64,000 nt of DNA from a virus (Duplodnaviria > Heunggongvirae > Uroviricota > Caudoviricetes): IMG/VR virus record IMGVR_UViG_3300017938_000005. One strand, written 5' to 3'. Below are positions 36,789-46,366 of the stretch, in pieces. Numbering within the stretch: the stretch's first letter is position 1; the number at the start of each line of letters is the position of its first letter. A program made the position numbers and the translations under genes. The notes below the pieces were generated by a model. The model made no database searches. It was not told the origin of the DNA and saw only the letters and a program-made list of their open reading frames with translations.

Positions 36789-37057
36789 GGCTTCTTGGGT
36801 TTCATCCCGTAGTCTCGCGACTGCGGTGTCATGAATCGCACAGCGTTTTCGAAACGAGCCAAAAGAATTCCGTCCTGAGAGACCACCCGCGCGCCGATCC
36901 CCATGCTGCGCGCATCCTGCATCGCTTCTTCGATGTGCTTACGCCATTCGCCGACGCGGTCTTTGGGGGCCTCCGCGCGGAACGGAGGCCTCACCGCGGG
37001 CAAGAAAGTCGGCGCGTGCTTCGTCTTGCGCATCGCGAGATTCAAGTTACCCCACAC
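36785..37057 (-). CDS. hypothetical protein
   Basis: Track ORF; start uncertain. Confidence 0.5.
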   Translation of the reverse strand: MWGNLNLAMRKTKHAPTFLPAVRPPFRAEAPKDRVGEWRKHIEEAMQDARSMGIGARVVSQDGILLARFENAVRFMTPQSRDYGMKPKKP

Positions 37058-37089
37058 CCGTGTCGTTGTCGCTCGCGCGAGGATGAGAT

Positions 37090-37752
37090 CTACGAAGCGT
37101 CCGGCACCATGGGCTTGAACTCGCCCTTGTCCTTATCGTCCTTCGACTCCGAAGACTTCTCCGCCTTCTCGACCCCAGAGACTGGCGGGTTCGGGTTCGG
37201 CCACTGCTTGACGAAACCCGTCGTCACGTGCGAGCCGCGTTCGCCCGTCGGGAACTGGTCGACCATCTCCGCCTTCCACGAACCACCGAAGCCCGAGCCG
37301 CGGGGCATCGAGTTCACCGCCGAAGCGATCTCGCGCGCGATCATCTCTTGGCGAAGCGAGATCTCTTCGTGCGTCTCGATCTTGAAGCCGAGGAGGGCCG
37401 CGATGCGCGACGTGCAATCGTCGCAGAGCACGAGGCCCATGCGGGCGTCTTCGTCCTCCGGAGGAGAGGCCGCAAACGTCGCCCCCGGCGCGAAGGCCGC
37501 CGGCGGCGGCGGCATGGGGAGCCCCATTGCCGCTACGGCCGCTTGCCACGGATCCATCGGAGGCGGCATCGGAGGACCCGCCTGCATCGGAAAGGGCGGG
37601 TAGAAAGCGGAGGGCGGCGGCGGAGCCACCGCAAAGCGGTGCCCGCGAAGCACGAGTTCCACGCGACACCGCTCGCGTCTCGGCCACGCGGCTGACTCCT
37701 CTTCGGACTTCGCTCCGCAGAAATCACATTGGAAGATCATCGTCTCGCTCAT
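37090..37752 (-). CDS. zinc-finger protein with Pro-rich insertion
   Basis: CDFC..LCDDC separated by PPP-rich linker. Confidence 0.7.
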   Translation of the reverse strand: MSETMIFQCDFCGAKSEEESAAWPRRERCRVELVLRGHRFAVAPPPPSAFYPPFPMQAGPPMPPPMDPWQAAVAAMGLPMPPPPAAFAPGATFAASPPEDEDARMGLVLCDDCTSRIAALLGFKIETHEEISLRQEMIAREIASAVNSMPRGSGFGGSWKAEMVDQFPTGERGSHVTTGFVKQWPNPNPPVSGVEKAEKSSESKDDKDKGEFKPMVPDAS

Positions 37753-37779
37753 GGTCCTTTTTCTTTCTTGTCGTCGTCG

Positions 37780-38880
37780 TCACATTTCGGGAGGCACGCC
37801 CGGCAACGCGGGCAACGTCCAAACCTCGGGATTCTGGTCCACCAACGTCGGGTTGCCGGACCCATCCGTCAAGACCGCCAGCGGCGGCCTCGAACGCTTC
37901 GACGTCCCAATCCAATCGAGAAGCGTGGCGCCGATCCCATACGTCCACATCGAATCGCGCACGCCATCGCCGCCGTCGCCGAACGGATTCTTGAACACGT
38001 ACCTGTGACGACCGAGCGCGGTCGCCTCATTCCTGAGCCATGGCTCGCGGAACTTGAGGATGAGCATCGCGGCGAGCACTTCTTCTTCGGGAGGTACGAC
38101 CCAATCGTGAAAGTGCATCACTTGATCGTCATCGAGGTCAAACGCCATCCGGCGATTCTGCTGCGCGATGAGGGAATTCCTATGAGCGATCAAGTAGCGG
38201 TGTCCCGTGATTCCGCCGCGCACGACAACGAACCTGTTCTTCGCCCAGGACGCATGCTCTTGCTCGTTCATGAACGCGAGGAGGACCTCCGTCGCCGGTT
38301 TGTTCAGCTCGCTCTTGTCGACGAAGCAATCGGGACAGCACGGGGTCGGGCGCTTCACGGTCGCCGCCGCTGCCGCGTCTTCTTTCTTCGCGAGCGCCTT
38401 GCTCGCTTCACTCGGCGTCGAGAAGGGCTCTTCCTTTTCTTCTTTCTTCTCTTTCTTCGGTGCGTCGCCGCTCGCGGACGTGCGGTAAGGATCTTTCGAT
38501 GCGGGCGCGTCCTCGTCGAGCTTCGCACGCGAGGGCGCCGACGTCTCGCAAACCTCGATACGGCCGTCCTTCGAGCGCACCGCGGTTAGCACGTTCGGGC
38601 CGGGCTTCACGATCGACGCGACGATCGGTCCGACCTCCGCGAGCGGCGCAGAGACGAGGACGCGCCGCTCGAGAAAACGCGACGGGTTCTGCATGCCGCC
38701 CGCACCCTCGGTCGAGACCCAACCTTTCTCGATGAACGCCGCGCGAAGCTTCTTCAGCACGCGCTTCTCATCGGAAGTCGGTCGCTTAATCACGAGTCTC
38801 GTGAGCTTCTCGGGCGACTTCGGGTGCGGCTCGAGACGCCAGTCGCCGTTCCACGCCGGGATGTACCAAGCATCCATCAC
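37780..38880 (-). CDS. hypothetical phage protein
   Basis: 366-aa track ORF; GG.TG.RY.I and VPP..VLA motifs. Confidence 0.8.
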   Translation of the reverse strand: MMDAWYIPAWNGDWRLEPHPKSPEKLTRLVIKRPTSDEKRVLKKLRAAFIEKGWVSTEGAGGMQNPSRFLERRVLVSAPLAEVGPIVASIVKPGPNVLTAVRSKDGRIEVCETSAPSRAKLDEDAPASKDPYRTSASGDAPKKEKKEEKEEPFSTPSEASKALAKKEDAAAAATVKRPTPCCPDCFVDKSELNKPATEVLLAFMNEQEHASWAKNRFVVVRGGITGHRYLIAHRNSLIAQQNRRMAFDLDDDQVMHFHDWVVPPEEEVLAAMLILKFREPWLRNEATALGRHRYVFKNPFGDGGDGVRDSMWTYGIGATLLDWIGTSKRSRPPLAVLTDGSGNPTLVDQNPEVWTLPALPGVPPEM

Positions 38881-39578
38881 GACGGCACCGCGAGTCCCAG
38901 CTCCTCGGCCACATCGGGCGAGAGGTTACTCGCGTCCAAGACGACGCCGTTCGCGGCGCCGTTCACACCGTTCACGCCGTTCGCGCCGTGCTCGTGATGC
39001 TCGTGTGCTTCGAGCTGCGGCGCCGCTCCGTTCTCCTCACCATCGTCCCCGAGAAGCTTCTTGCGAAGCGCGCGAACGATGTCTTCCTGCCCTTCCTTCT
39101 TCGCGATGGCGATCGCTTTCATGAGCTTGTCGGGCGAGTTCGATTTCGCTGCGAGGATCTCGGGCACGAGGCTCACGAGCTGGCGGATCGCCTGCGCGCC
39201 GAACTGCTCCGGATTGGCATATCCCCCAACCTGCTGCAGGCTGGAGCCCATGTACACGCCCGTGCTGCTCGCCATCGTGGCAAGCGGTTGCGGACCCGAA
39301 GCACCGAGCCCGCGCGTGTACTTCGCCCCCGGCCCGCGGATCGTCATGAAGAGTTCGCGGGCGCGCATCGTCACGGCGCCGATCTGCTCGAGGTTGTCTT
39401 CGAGGTCGCCGTCGAGGAGCGCGCGAAGCTCCGCGCGCACCGCGCGGATGAGCGCCTTCGGGACCTCGCGTGGACCAAGCGCGCTCGCCTCTGCCGATGC
39501 TCTCGCTCTGTCCTGATCCAAAGCCGCGATCTGCGCGATCTGCGTCGCGAGCGGCACGCCACTGACAACAGCCGTCAT
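38877..39578 (-). CDS. hypothetical protein
   Basis: Track ORF; GGAGGTGAGG RBS. Confidence 0.75.
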   Translation of the reverse strand: MTAVVSGVPLATQIAQIAALDQDRARASAEASALGPREVPKALIRAVRAELRALLDGDLEDNLEQIGAVTMRARELFMTIRGPGAKYTRGLGASGPQPLATMASSTGVYMGSSLQQVGGYANPEQFGAQAIRQLVSLVPEILAAKSNSPDKLMKAIAIAKKEGQEDIVRALRKKLLGDDGEENGAAPQLEAHEHHEHGANGVNGVNGAANGVVLDASNLSPDVAEELGLAVPS

Positions 39579-39603
39579 CGTCCTCACCTCCGCGCCGCTT
39601 CAC

Positions 39604-39864
39604 CTAATCGGCGACGCCGCAATCACGTTCGCAGACGCTCGCGCGAGGTGCAAGTATAAATGCAGTACGCGCGACACGCGAACACGCGAACGACATCACG
39701 ACAACGATCGCGCGAGACTGTTCGCGCTGGATCGCAGGCCATGCCTCGACGAACGTCACCAAATCCCCGAAGTCGCCGCTCTTACCGCGCACGTCACACC
39801 AGAAAGCGAACGCCTCCTTGAAGTCGTCGTTCACACACCTGGACGACGTCCTGTAAACGCTCAT
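39604..39864 (-). CDS. hypothetical protein
   Basis: Track ORF; 3' half overlaps a TATACT -10-like box, so uncertain. Confidence 0.45.
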   Translation of the reverse strand: MSVYRTSSRCVNDDFKEAFAFWCDVRGKSGDFGDLVTFVEAWPAIQREQSRAIVVVMSFACSRVARTAFILAPRASVCERDCGVAD

Positions 39865-39876
39865 GTCCCTCGCGAG

Positions 39877-40245
39877 CTACGAAGAGCGATCGCGCGCTTC
39901 GATCCACTCGGGCGGCGGCGCACCCTTCCACCATCGCGGCGGCTTGCCCTCGAGCTTGTCCTCCGCCGCCTCGACCATCCACCGCGTCGTCGTCATCCCG
40001 AGGTGCTTGGCGTCCTCCTCGATGCCCTTCTTCAGGTTCACCGGGATGCGGAACGTCACGGTCATCACGTTGCCGTGGCGCGCCCTCGTCCTCTTCTCAT
40101 GAGACGCATCGACGCCCAATCCGTTTCCGTTTCCGTTTCCGTTTCCACTTCCGTTTCCGTTGACTTTGCTCGCGCGGGCACCGCTGGCCCTCGATCGGAT
40201 CTTCGACCTCGATCTCACGCTCTTGCGCTTCTTCGCCTTCGCCAT
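39877..40245 (-). CDS. ribbon-helix-helix (CopG/Arc-like) DNA-binding protein with basic tail and NG repeat
   Basis: VMTVTFRIPVNLKKGIEEDAKHLGMTTTRWMVEA. Confidence 0.75.
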   Translation of the reverse strand: MAKAKKRKSVRSRSKIRSRASGARASKVNGNGSGNGNGNGNGLGVDASHEKRTRARHGNVMTVTFRIPVNLKKGIEEDAKHLGMTTTRWMVEAAEDKLEGKPPRWWKGAPPPEWIEARDRSS

Positions 40246-40347
40246 CGTTCCGAGCCTCGTAGGCGATGGCGCGTCACACCCTGCGACACGTTCTCGCTCT
40301 CCCGCTCTTCTACCACGCTACGCAGCGATGCTGCAAATGGCGATCAC

Positions 40348-40662
40348 CTATGGCTTTTGTCTCGTCACCACCGGAGCCGGCGCCGTCCTCGCCCGGAAAG
40401 CTTCGAGACGTCTCTTCTCCGAGGCCAGGAAGGCCATCGTCTGGCGATCGCATGCCTCCGCAACAGCCGTCCAGATCGCTTGGACGCCCGCCCCGAGCTT
40501 CTCCCACGCCACCGCCACGTCGGCGTGACCGACCTTCCTTACCCACGTCTCGTAAGCGAGCTTGCCATCCGGACGCCCCTCCACCGGCAAAACGATGACC
40601 GGTTTGGGAGTCGCCGCGGGCGCTGCTGCTGCAGGATTTTTTGTTCCATCGCTCTTGGACAT
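40348..40662 (-). CDS. hypothetical protein
   Basis: Track ORF; GGAGG RBS. Confidence 0.7.
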   Translation of the reverse strand: MSKSDGTKNPAAAAPAATPKPVIVLPVEGRPDGKLAYETWVRKVGHADVAVAWEKLGAGVQAIWTAVAEACDRQTMAFLASEKRRLEAFRARTAPAPVVTRQKP

Positions 40663-40671
40663 ACCCGCCTC

Positions 40672-41265
40672 CTATGCCGCCGCGAACGTCGGGTAGCCAC
40701 CCTTGTAGTCGCGCTGGACGACGTCAATATCGACGTCCTCGCCCTCGACCGTAACGTCATTCGGAGTGAGCTGGATGAGACAATAGCCTCGGGCGCGGAC
40801 GTTCGAGACATCCGAACATGAATGCCAGTACCGCGAGATGTACGGAAGCGCGAAGAGCTGCGCGTCGCTGAGCGGGCATCCCGCGCCGACGTAAAGCCCA
40901 GCTTGGTAGCCCGCGCCGACGACGGCCTTCGACCAAGCATTAATCTGCGTCGTAATGCTCGCAGCATCGAGATTCGATCCCTCGATATCGAGCCACACCG
41001 TCACGCCCTTCGGGATGCCGAGCGCAGCGAGCCTCGAGAGCGTGTGCGACGGATCCACTTCGAGCGCGTACGTGACCGGCGCGAACGCGATCCCAGCAGC
41101 GAGCTGCGCCGCAAGTTCGTCCGGCGTGACGTGGTCAATGTATCCCGCGCGCCACGAGATGCCGCGCGCCGCGAGCTTGGCAAAGTCCGGCGCGGCGAGC
41201 GTCGCGAGCGTGTCGCAGCCGAAGGTCAGGGTGACCGCGGACGCGGCGGCGAGGACCGCCCTCAT
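40672..41265 (-). CDS. DUF1906 / GH25-like (Rv2525c-like) putative peptidoglycan hydrolase
   Basis: GCDT..GY..G(I)PKGVTVWLDIEG..W...V..AGY.AGLY..YW..IQ..VDID layout. Confidence 0.78.
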   Translation of the reverse strand: MRAVLAAASAVTLTFGCDTLATLAAPDFAKLAARGISWRAGYIDHVTPDELAAQLAAGIAFAPVTYALEVDPSHTLSRLAALGIPKGVTVWLDIEGSNLDAASITTQINAWSKAVVGAGYQAGLYVGAGCPLSDAQLFALPYISRYWHSCSDVSNVRARGYCLIQLTPNDVTVEGEDVDIDVVQRDYKGGYPTFAAA

Positions 41266-41537
41266 CGGACGCTCCGGATTTTGTTCGTCATCATGTAGGG
41301 CTCCTCTTGCTCTTCAGAAAATTCGTGGATGAAAAAAGCGATGCGGTTGCATGGGCACACAATCGCCATGTTCGGTCGAAGCTCGCCCAAGATCACGCGC
41401 ATCACGATCCCCTTGAAAGCGTCCTTGCAGTGCGGGCACCTCGACGTAATCTCGATCACGATTCCTCCGGCCGCGCGTACCAGGTCTGCTGCACGCGCCA
41501 ACGCGTGCGCGAACCATCTGCATCCACGACCACGCAA
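41262..41537 (-). CDS. zinc-finger protein
   Basis: CPHC..CPC; start uncertain. Confidence 0.45.
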   Translation of the reverse strand: MRGRGCRWFAHALARAADLVRAAGGIVIEITSRCPHCKDAFKGIVMRVILGELRPNMAIVCPCNRIAFFIHEFSEEQEEPYMMTNKIRSVR

Positions 41538-41656
41538 CCGCGGGCGCCCGTGAGCTTCAAGCGCGCAGCGGCCAGGATCGCCGCGCCGCTCGGGAACGAG
41601 GCTTCCTCGTCCACGACCTCTTTCCCATCATCGAACGTCACCCGGAATTTCATCAT
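41456..41656 (-). CDS. hypothetical protein
   Basis: Preceded by triple GGTGAGG repeat. Confidence 0.5.
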   Translation of the reverse strand: MMKFRVTFDDGKEVVDEEASFPSGAAILAAARLKLTGARGCVVVDADGSRTRWRVQQTWYARPEES

Positions 41657-41684
41657 CGCCTCACCGCCTCACCGCCTCACCGCC
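41657..41684. repeat. 8-bp tandem repeat (CGCCTCAC)3+CGCC = triplicated Shine-Dalgarno on minus strand
   Basis: Read directly. Confidence 0.85.
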
Positions 41685-41844
41685 ATGGTTGTTGGTGCAT
41701 GAACGATAAGCCAGACGATCAAGACGGCCAAGAAAACGGCCAAGACGATCGGTACTCCCTCCGTGCGAAGCCTCCCCCACGCCAGCTCCGCATCGCGCCG
41801 CTCGCAGTGACCACGACGAATCGAAGGGCTCACGCTCTTCGGCG

Positions 41845-42096
41845 TCACGTGCGCTTCCTCAGCTCTTCGCGAAGCTCCGTGCACCGCGCTTGTGTCTCGG
41901 TCAGGGCTTCGAGGTACGCGGCCCGCTCGCGCTCGCTCCGCGCGAGTGCGCTTCGGAGCGCCTCGTTCTCCTTCGTCAAGATCTCGAGCTGCACCGTCAG
42001 ACCCTCGCGACTCGGTTGTCCCGAGACGCGACACCAGTGCTTGTCGCCCTGGCCGTCGCATTCTCGGGTCCCATGACAACAGACCGCGGGCGTCAC
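41845..42096 (-). CDS. hypothetical coiled-coil protein
   Basis: GTGA-coupled start. Confidence 0.5.
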   Translation of the reverse strand: MTPAVCCHGTRECDGQGDKHWCRVSGQPSREGLTVQLEILTKENEALRSALARSERERAAYLEALTETQARCTELREELRKRT

Positions 42097-42320
42097 AGGT
42101 TCTTCTCTCCCCACCACGTCTTCACGATCCAGGCGCCCTCGTCGCCCTTCTTGCGGACCTTGCTCTTCTTGTGAAGCACGCTCTTCGGGCACCACATCGA
42201 ACCCTGCGCGCCGTCGCGGAATTTCCCCTCGACCCGGATCGCCATCTTCGTCTCGCCGACGCACTTGCACTTGCCGACGTTGAACGGCTCCTCGCCGCGT
42301 TCCCATTCCTCAGTCTCCAT
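42093..42320 (-). CDS. hypothetical protein
   Basis: ETKMAIRV..WCPKSV..W pattern common in phages. Confidence 0.7.
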   Translation of the reverse strand: METEEWERGEEPFNVGKCKCVGETKMAIRVEGKFRDGAQGSMWCPKSVLHKKSKVRKKGDEGAWIVKTWWGEKNL

Positions 42321-42927
42321 GACGCGTCCTCCTCTCGAAGGTGAGGAACTCGACGCCCTCTACTTCCGAAAGCGTCTCGCTCCCGTCCTCGCCCCTCACG
42401 GACTCCGCCGCGGGCTCCGCACGGACGCATCGCCAGTCCCACGGATCCGGGCGAATGATCGGGAAGCGCGTCACCTTCTCCATCCCAATCCGTCGGTCGC
42501 GCTTGCCGCGCTCCTCGGCCCGCGCGATGTACGTGATCTCCAGCGTGGTCGCGAGCGGCAGCGCGAGCTTGTAGATCTCGCCGCCGCCAATGACGAACGG
42601 TGACGGGTCATGCGCGTACGCGCGCTCGAGGGCGCGATCGAACGTCGTCCACCACGACAGCGACGAGGCGGCCGAGGCATCGACCGCCTTCGGCTCGATG
42701 AGACCCGCGAGCGACGCCACGTGCGGGGATCGCGACACGACGAGGCTGTGGCGATTCGGCAAAACCTTGCCGATCGACTCGTACGTCTTTCGTCCCATGA
42801 TGATCGCGTGGCCCGTCGTGAGGCGCTTGAACCGAAGCATGTCCGAGCGGACGTGCCACGGGATCTTGCCGTCCTCGGCGATGACGCCGTCCGGAGTCAT
42901 CGCGGCGATGAGCGTAAGGCTCTTCAT
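42310..42927 (-). CDS. folA: dihydrofolate reductase
   Basis: IAA...GVI..G.IPWH..SD..RFK..T.GH.IIMGRKTYESIG..LPNR..VVSR; VIGGGEIY. Confidence 0.93.
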   Translation of the reverse strand: MKSLTLIAAMTPDGVIAEDGKIPWHVRSDMLRFKRLTTGHAIIMGRKTYESIGKVLPNRHSLVVSRSPHVASLAGLIEPKAVDASAASSLSWWTTFDRALERAYAHDPSPFVIGGGEIYKLALPLATTLEITYIARAEERGKRDRRIGMEKVTRFPIIRPDPWDWRCVRAEPAAESVRGEDGSETLSEVEGVEFLTFERRTRHGD

Positions 42928-43196
42928 CGGACCGCCCTTCCGTTCTTCGCTTTCTTCTTTCTAGCCTCGGCCCTGAGTCTTTTCTGCTCATCCTTCAAGG
43001 CGAACTCGAGATTCGAGATCAACGTCGCAGCGAGCGGCCCAAGCTCGCCGCGACGGCCGCGCGTGAGTCGTTTGAAGTCACGCACCAAGGACCACGCGTC
43101 CTCTTTGCGGTGGCGCGCGAGCCAGAGCACCTCGTCCGCCACCGTCTTGACCTCGTTCGTCACCATCTTGAAAGACATCTTCCGCGAACGAGTCAT
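42924..43196 (-). CDS. hypothetical protein
   Basis: Track ORF, coupled. Confidence 0.65.
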   Translation of the reverse strand: MTRSRKMSFKMVTNEVKTVADEVLWLARHRKEDAWSLVRDFKRLTRGRRGELGPLAATLISNLEFALKDEQKRLRAEARKKKAKNGRAVR

Positions 43197-43480
43197 CCGC
43201 CAAACCCTGGGTCGATCTCGTCATACGAGGCCAAGCCTCCGACGTCATTGGCATCCTCATGAGAATCGCTCTCGGGATACCCCTCACCACCCATGCCGTC
43301 CGATGAAACGAGCACCTTCTCGGTCGTTTGTTTCACCGCCGACGTTTTCGACGATTTCGACGATTTCTTTGTCATCTTCTTCGCCGACTTCTTCACCGAC
43401 TTCTTCAACGCCTTCTTCGGTGCAGCCTTCGACTTGACTTTCTGAGCCTTCTTCGCAGCCTTCTTCTTTGCCTTCGTCAT
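43193..43480 (-). CDS. Lys/Ala-rich histone-H1-like protein with acidic C-terminus
   Basis: MTKAKKKAAKKAQKVKSKAAPKKALKKSVKKSAKK.. Confidence 0.7.
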   Translation of the reverse strand: MTKAKKKAAKKAQKVKSKAAPKKALKKSVKKSAKKMTKKSSKSSKTSAVKQTTEKVLVSSDGMGGEGYPESDSHEDANDVGGLASYDEIDPGFGG

Positions 43481-43488
43481 GACTCACC

Positions 43489-43776
43489 TCACCTCGGTTT
43501 GCGTTTCGCGGGCGGCTCGACGCCCTCCTTGAAGGTCACGTTCGGGAGAAGCTCCCATCCATCGCGTGAACCCTCGAACTCGGGGTTACCGGGAATCCAC
43601 TCCCAGACGCGGCCCACGCCGTCGAGACCGTAGAGCGCCTCGGAAGGGAACCCCTCGTCGCCCATCGTCATCGCCGTCACGATCTGCGTGAACGGCGGCA
43701 CGATCTCCTCGGGCGAGAGCGGCCCCTCGTCCTTCGTTTCGCTTTTCTTCATCTCCACCACGTTGTCCGTCGTCAT
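43489..43776 (-). CDS. hypothetical protein
   Basis: Track ORF. Confidence 0.7.
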   Translation of the reverse strand: MTTDNVVEMKKSETKDEGPLSPEEIVPPFTQIVTAMTMGDEGFPSEALYGLDGVGRVWEWIPGNPEFEGSRDGWELLPNVTFKEGVEPPAKRKPR

Positions 43777-45644
43777 GAGACCTCCGAATCAGGGACCTTG
43801 CCAGCCATCTTTATTCTGCCCTTGTGGGACGCAACCTCCGCGCGCACATTCGATCCCTCGGAGAGATCGAGCGCCTCGAGCAACCTCTCCTTCTTCTCGA
43901 GCACGGCGCGCACCCGCCTGTCGACGGGGTGATCCGTCACGAGGATCGTGATGAGCACGGCGCGCTTCTGTCCGATCCGCATCTCGCGGTCCTCCGCCTG
44001 GAGGTTGTTCGCCGGGACGAAGTCGCGGTCGAGGAATAGCATGTTCGAGGACCGCGTGAGCGTGACCCCGACACCCATCGCGCCGATGGTCCCGGCGAGG
44101 CCCTTGAGTTTTCCCGCCTGAAAAGCCGCGACGTGCGCCGTCCGGTCGCGATCGTTCGTCTCGCCCGTGATCCACGCCCAACCCTTGCGCGCGCCGAGCT
44201 GCTTGATCGGATCCTTGTGGTAACTAAACACCACGACGGGCTCGCCCGTCGCCTCGTACTCCTCGACGAGCTGCTCGAGCGAGTCGAGCTTCCGCGAGGC
44301 AAGCTCGCGGCGCACCGTGGACAGGGATCCCTCGGGTGCGCAGGCCCCGAGCACCTCATCGTCGCTCAGTCTGCCGAGCGCGGAGTTCTCCGGCTCGCCC
44401 CAGTGCGGCATGCCGCGCACGTCGACCGCGATCTCGAGGAAACGTCGCGTCTTCTCTGGCAGCTCTGGGAGCACCTCCTGCCTCGTGCGCCGGAGCGCGA
44501 GCGTCGCGAAGCGTGCTCGGGCTTCGGGCTCGACCTCGTCGTCCACGGCCCAGTCGTAGCCGCCCCAGAACTTCCTCTTGCCGTGGAACATCTCGACGAA
44601 CTTCGGGAAGGACCCGAACGCGTCGCTCGCGCCCGAGCTGCCTTTTCCTTGACCAGGGAAGGATTGGCAGAGCGTCCAAAGCTCCATCGGCTCGTTGAGG
44701 AGCGGCGTTCCCGTGAGCATCCAGGTCGTCCAGCACTGCGCCGCGACCGTCCGCACGCCGATCGTGCGCTTCGCATTTCGGTTCTTGCACCAGTGGGCCT
44801 CGTCGACGATGAGCTGCACGGCGTGCTTCGGCCGCGGCCCGATCCAGATGTGCTCGACCTCGGCCTCGTCGTCGCGCGCCGTGAAACCTTGGCCGCAGAG
44901 TCCCCCATGATCCTTGTCACATCGGTACGACCACCTCTGGATCTTCTTCTCGATCCCGCGGCGGTCTTCCTCGACGAACTCCTCGACGAGCACGCTCGCC
45001 TCGTCCACATAGGATGCCGAGAGGCGGCCGCACGTAGGGCACCTGAGTCTCGACTCGATGCTCTCATAGGGGAGCTTCGAATAGGCGATGATGCAGATCT
45101 CGCCCGGCTCCGCCCAGATCCCGTAGGGGGGCTGCCAGATCCGCGCCGTGAGATCGGGTCGCCAGCGCCTCGCCTCCTCGAACCAAGATCCGAGCACGAC
45201 GGGAGGCACGACGATGAGCGCGGCCTTCGAGGCGTCGAGCGCCGAAAGCGACTGCGCCGTCTTGCCGGTGCCCATGTCGTCGGCAAGGATGGCCCGGCGC
45301 CGCGATCGGAGGAACTCCGCGCCCTGCTTCTGGTAAGCGTAAAGCTTCGGCGCGTTACACTTCCACGCCGCGGAGCGGACCGCCGCTTGGACTTCCTTCG
45401 GGGCAAAGATCTCGACCCTCGCCTTCGAGAGCGCCGCGCATGCGAGCATCGCGGCGTGCACGGGCACGAGGAAATCGCGCTGCGACAGGACCTTCACGTC
45501 CGGCGCTTTCGAAGACGGCACGCTCGCCTGCCACCCGTACGGTGAGAGCAGGCATCGGAAGTCCCCCTCGCTGCCCTTCTTGAGCGAGAACTTCACTGCG
45601 CCCGCCGCGCCGGGCGCGCCGTACCTCTCAAGCTGCACCTGCAT
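43773..45644 (-). CDS. SNF2-family (SMARCAL1/HARP-like) helicase/translocase
   Basis: ILADDMGTGKT, LIVDEAH, MLTGTP, GVGVTLT, QAEDR..RIGQ. Confidence 0.93.
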   Translation of the reverse strand: MQVQLERYGAPGAAGAVKFSLKKGSEGDFRCLLSPYGWQASVPSSKAPDVKVLSQRDFLVPVHAAMLACAALSKARVEIFAPKEVQAAVRSAAWKCNAPKLYAYQKQGAEFLRSRRRAILADDMGTGKTAQSLSALDASKAALIVVPPVVLGSWFEEARRWRPDLTARIWQPPYGIWAEPGEICIIAYSKLPYESIESRLRCPTCGRLSASYVDEASVLVEEFVEEDRRGIEKKIQRWSYRCDKDHGGLCGQGFTARDDEAEVEHIWIGPRPKHAVQLIVDEAHWCKNRNAKRTIGVRTVAAQCWTTWMLTGTPLLNEPMELWTLCQSFPGQGKGSSGASDAFGSFPKFVEMFHGKRKFWGGYDWAVDDEVEPEARARFATLALRRTRQEVLPELPEKTRRFLEIAVDVRGMPHWGEPENSALGRLSDDEVLGACAPEGSLSTVRRELASRKLDSLEQLVEEYEATGEPVVVFSYHKDPIKQLGARKGWAWITGETNDRDRTAHVAAFQAGKLKGLAGTIGAMGVGVTLTRSSNMLFLDRDFVPANNLQAEDREMRIGQKRAVLITILVTDHPVDRRVRAVLEKKERLLEALDLSEGSNVRAEVASHKGRIKMAGKVPDSEVS

Positions 45645-46139
45645 CTACAGGACCTTGTTGCCGTGCTTGAACGATCGCGTTTTGTTGTAGGCCATCTTCT
45701 CGAGCACGAACTTCTCGATGTCGATCCGGTGCTCGCCCGCGAAGTCGAATGCGCGGATCAAGAGGTCCGCGATCTCCGACGGGACTCCGCAGAGCTTGTA
45801 CGGGCGCTCGGGGTCGTCGTTCTGGCGCTCGTGCACCACCACGACCGAGACGTGCTTGCCGCGTGAGAGGATGGGCGCACCGCTCTCGTGGTACGCGGGC
45901 ACTTTCTCCTCGTACCAGATCTCGGCCACGCCGCCGCCTTCGCGGTACGCTTCGAACGCTTCCGAGATCTCGGTGTGGAGCAAAGCGATCCCGTCGCCCA
46001 TCGTGCGCGGTTGGTCGTGAAAGCCGTGCGCCTTAGCGTTGTCGTACGCCGCATCGCGCAGGGTGTTGAGGCTCTTCGGATCCGCCTTGGGAGGGTCTGC
46101 GTCGTGGAAAGTCGTTCCAGGAATCCTCGCCATGGTCAT
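45645..46139 (-). CDS. MazG-like NTP pyrophosphohydrolase
   Basis: AKAHGF..IALLHTEISEAFEAYR..SEIADLLIRAFD..KM.YNKTR..KHG. Confidence 0.87.
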   Translation of the reverse strand: MTMARIPGTTFHDADPPKADPKSLNTLRDAAYDNAKAHGFHDQPRTMGDGIALLHTEISEAFEAYREGGGVAEIWYEEKVPAYHESGAPILSRGKHVSVVVVHERQNDDPERPYKLCGVPSEIADLLIRAFDFAGEHRIDIEKFVLEKMAYNKTRSFKHGNKVL

Positions 46140-46366
46140 TTCCCTTTCTGCAGCTCTTCACGCACGAGCGTGACGGTGCGCGACGAATGGAGCACGACGT
46201 CCGCGGGGCACCCCTTCGCGATGTTCTCCTTTGCCATCTCGATCTCGCGAGCGAGGTAACGCTGGTATTCCTCCGGCGTCGGGTTCCACCCCGTCTTCTC
46301 TTTCCACTCGCTCGCGAGCGCGGCGGACGACTCCGTCGCCTTGGGGAACGCGGTCGCCGCGCTCAT
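46136..46366 (-). CDS. hypothetical protein
   Basis: MSAATAFPK..; coupled. Confidence 0.55.
   Translation of the reverse strand: MSAATAFPKATESSAALASEWKEKTGWNPTPEEYQRYLAREIEMAKENIAKGCPADVVLHSSRTVTLVREELQKGK

Noticed and set aside
40121-40160. (CCGTTT)n, (CCCCTT)n at 54746-54800 and GN repeats at about 50340-50375 as possible phase-variation tracts
   Set aside because: 6-bp units are in-frame, encode low-complexity NG/GK linkers and cannot switch frame
44820-45060. Insertion in SNF2 considered as an intein
   Set aside because: No C/S start, no HN-C/S/T end and no LAGLIDADG; looks like a zinc ribbon
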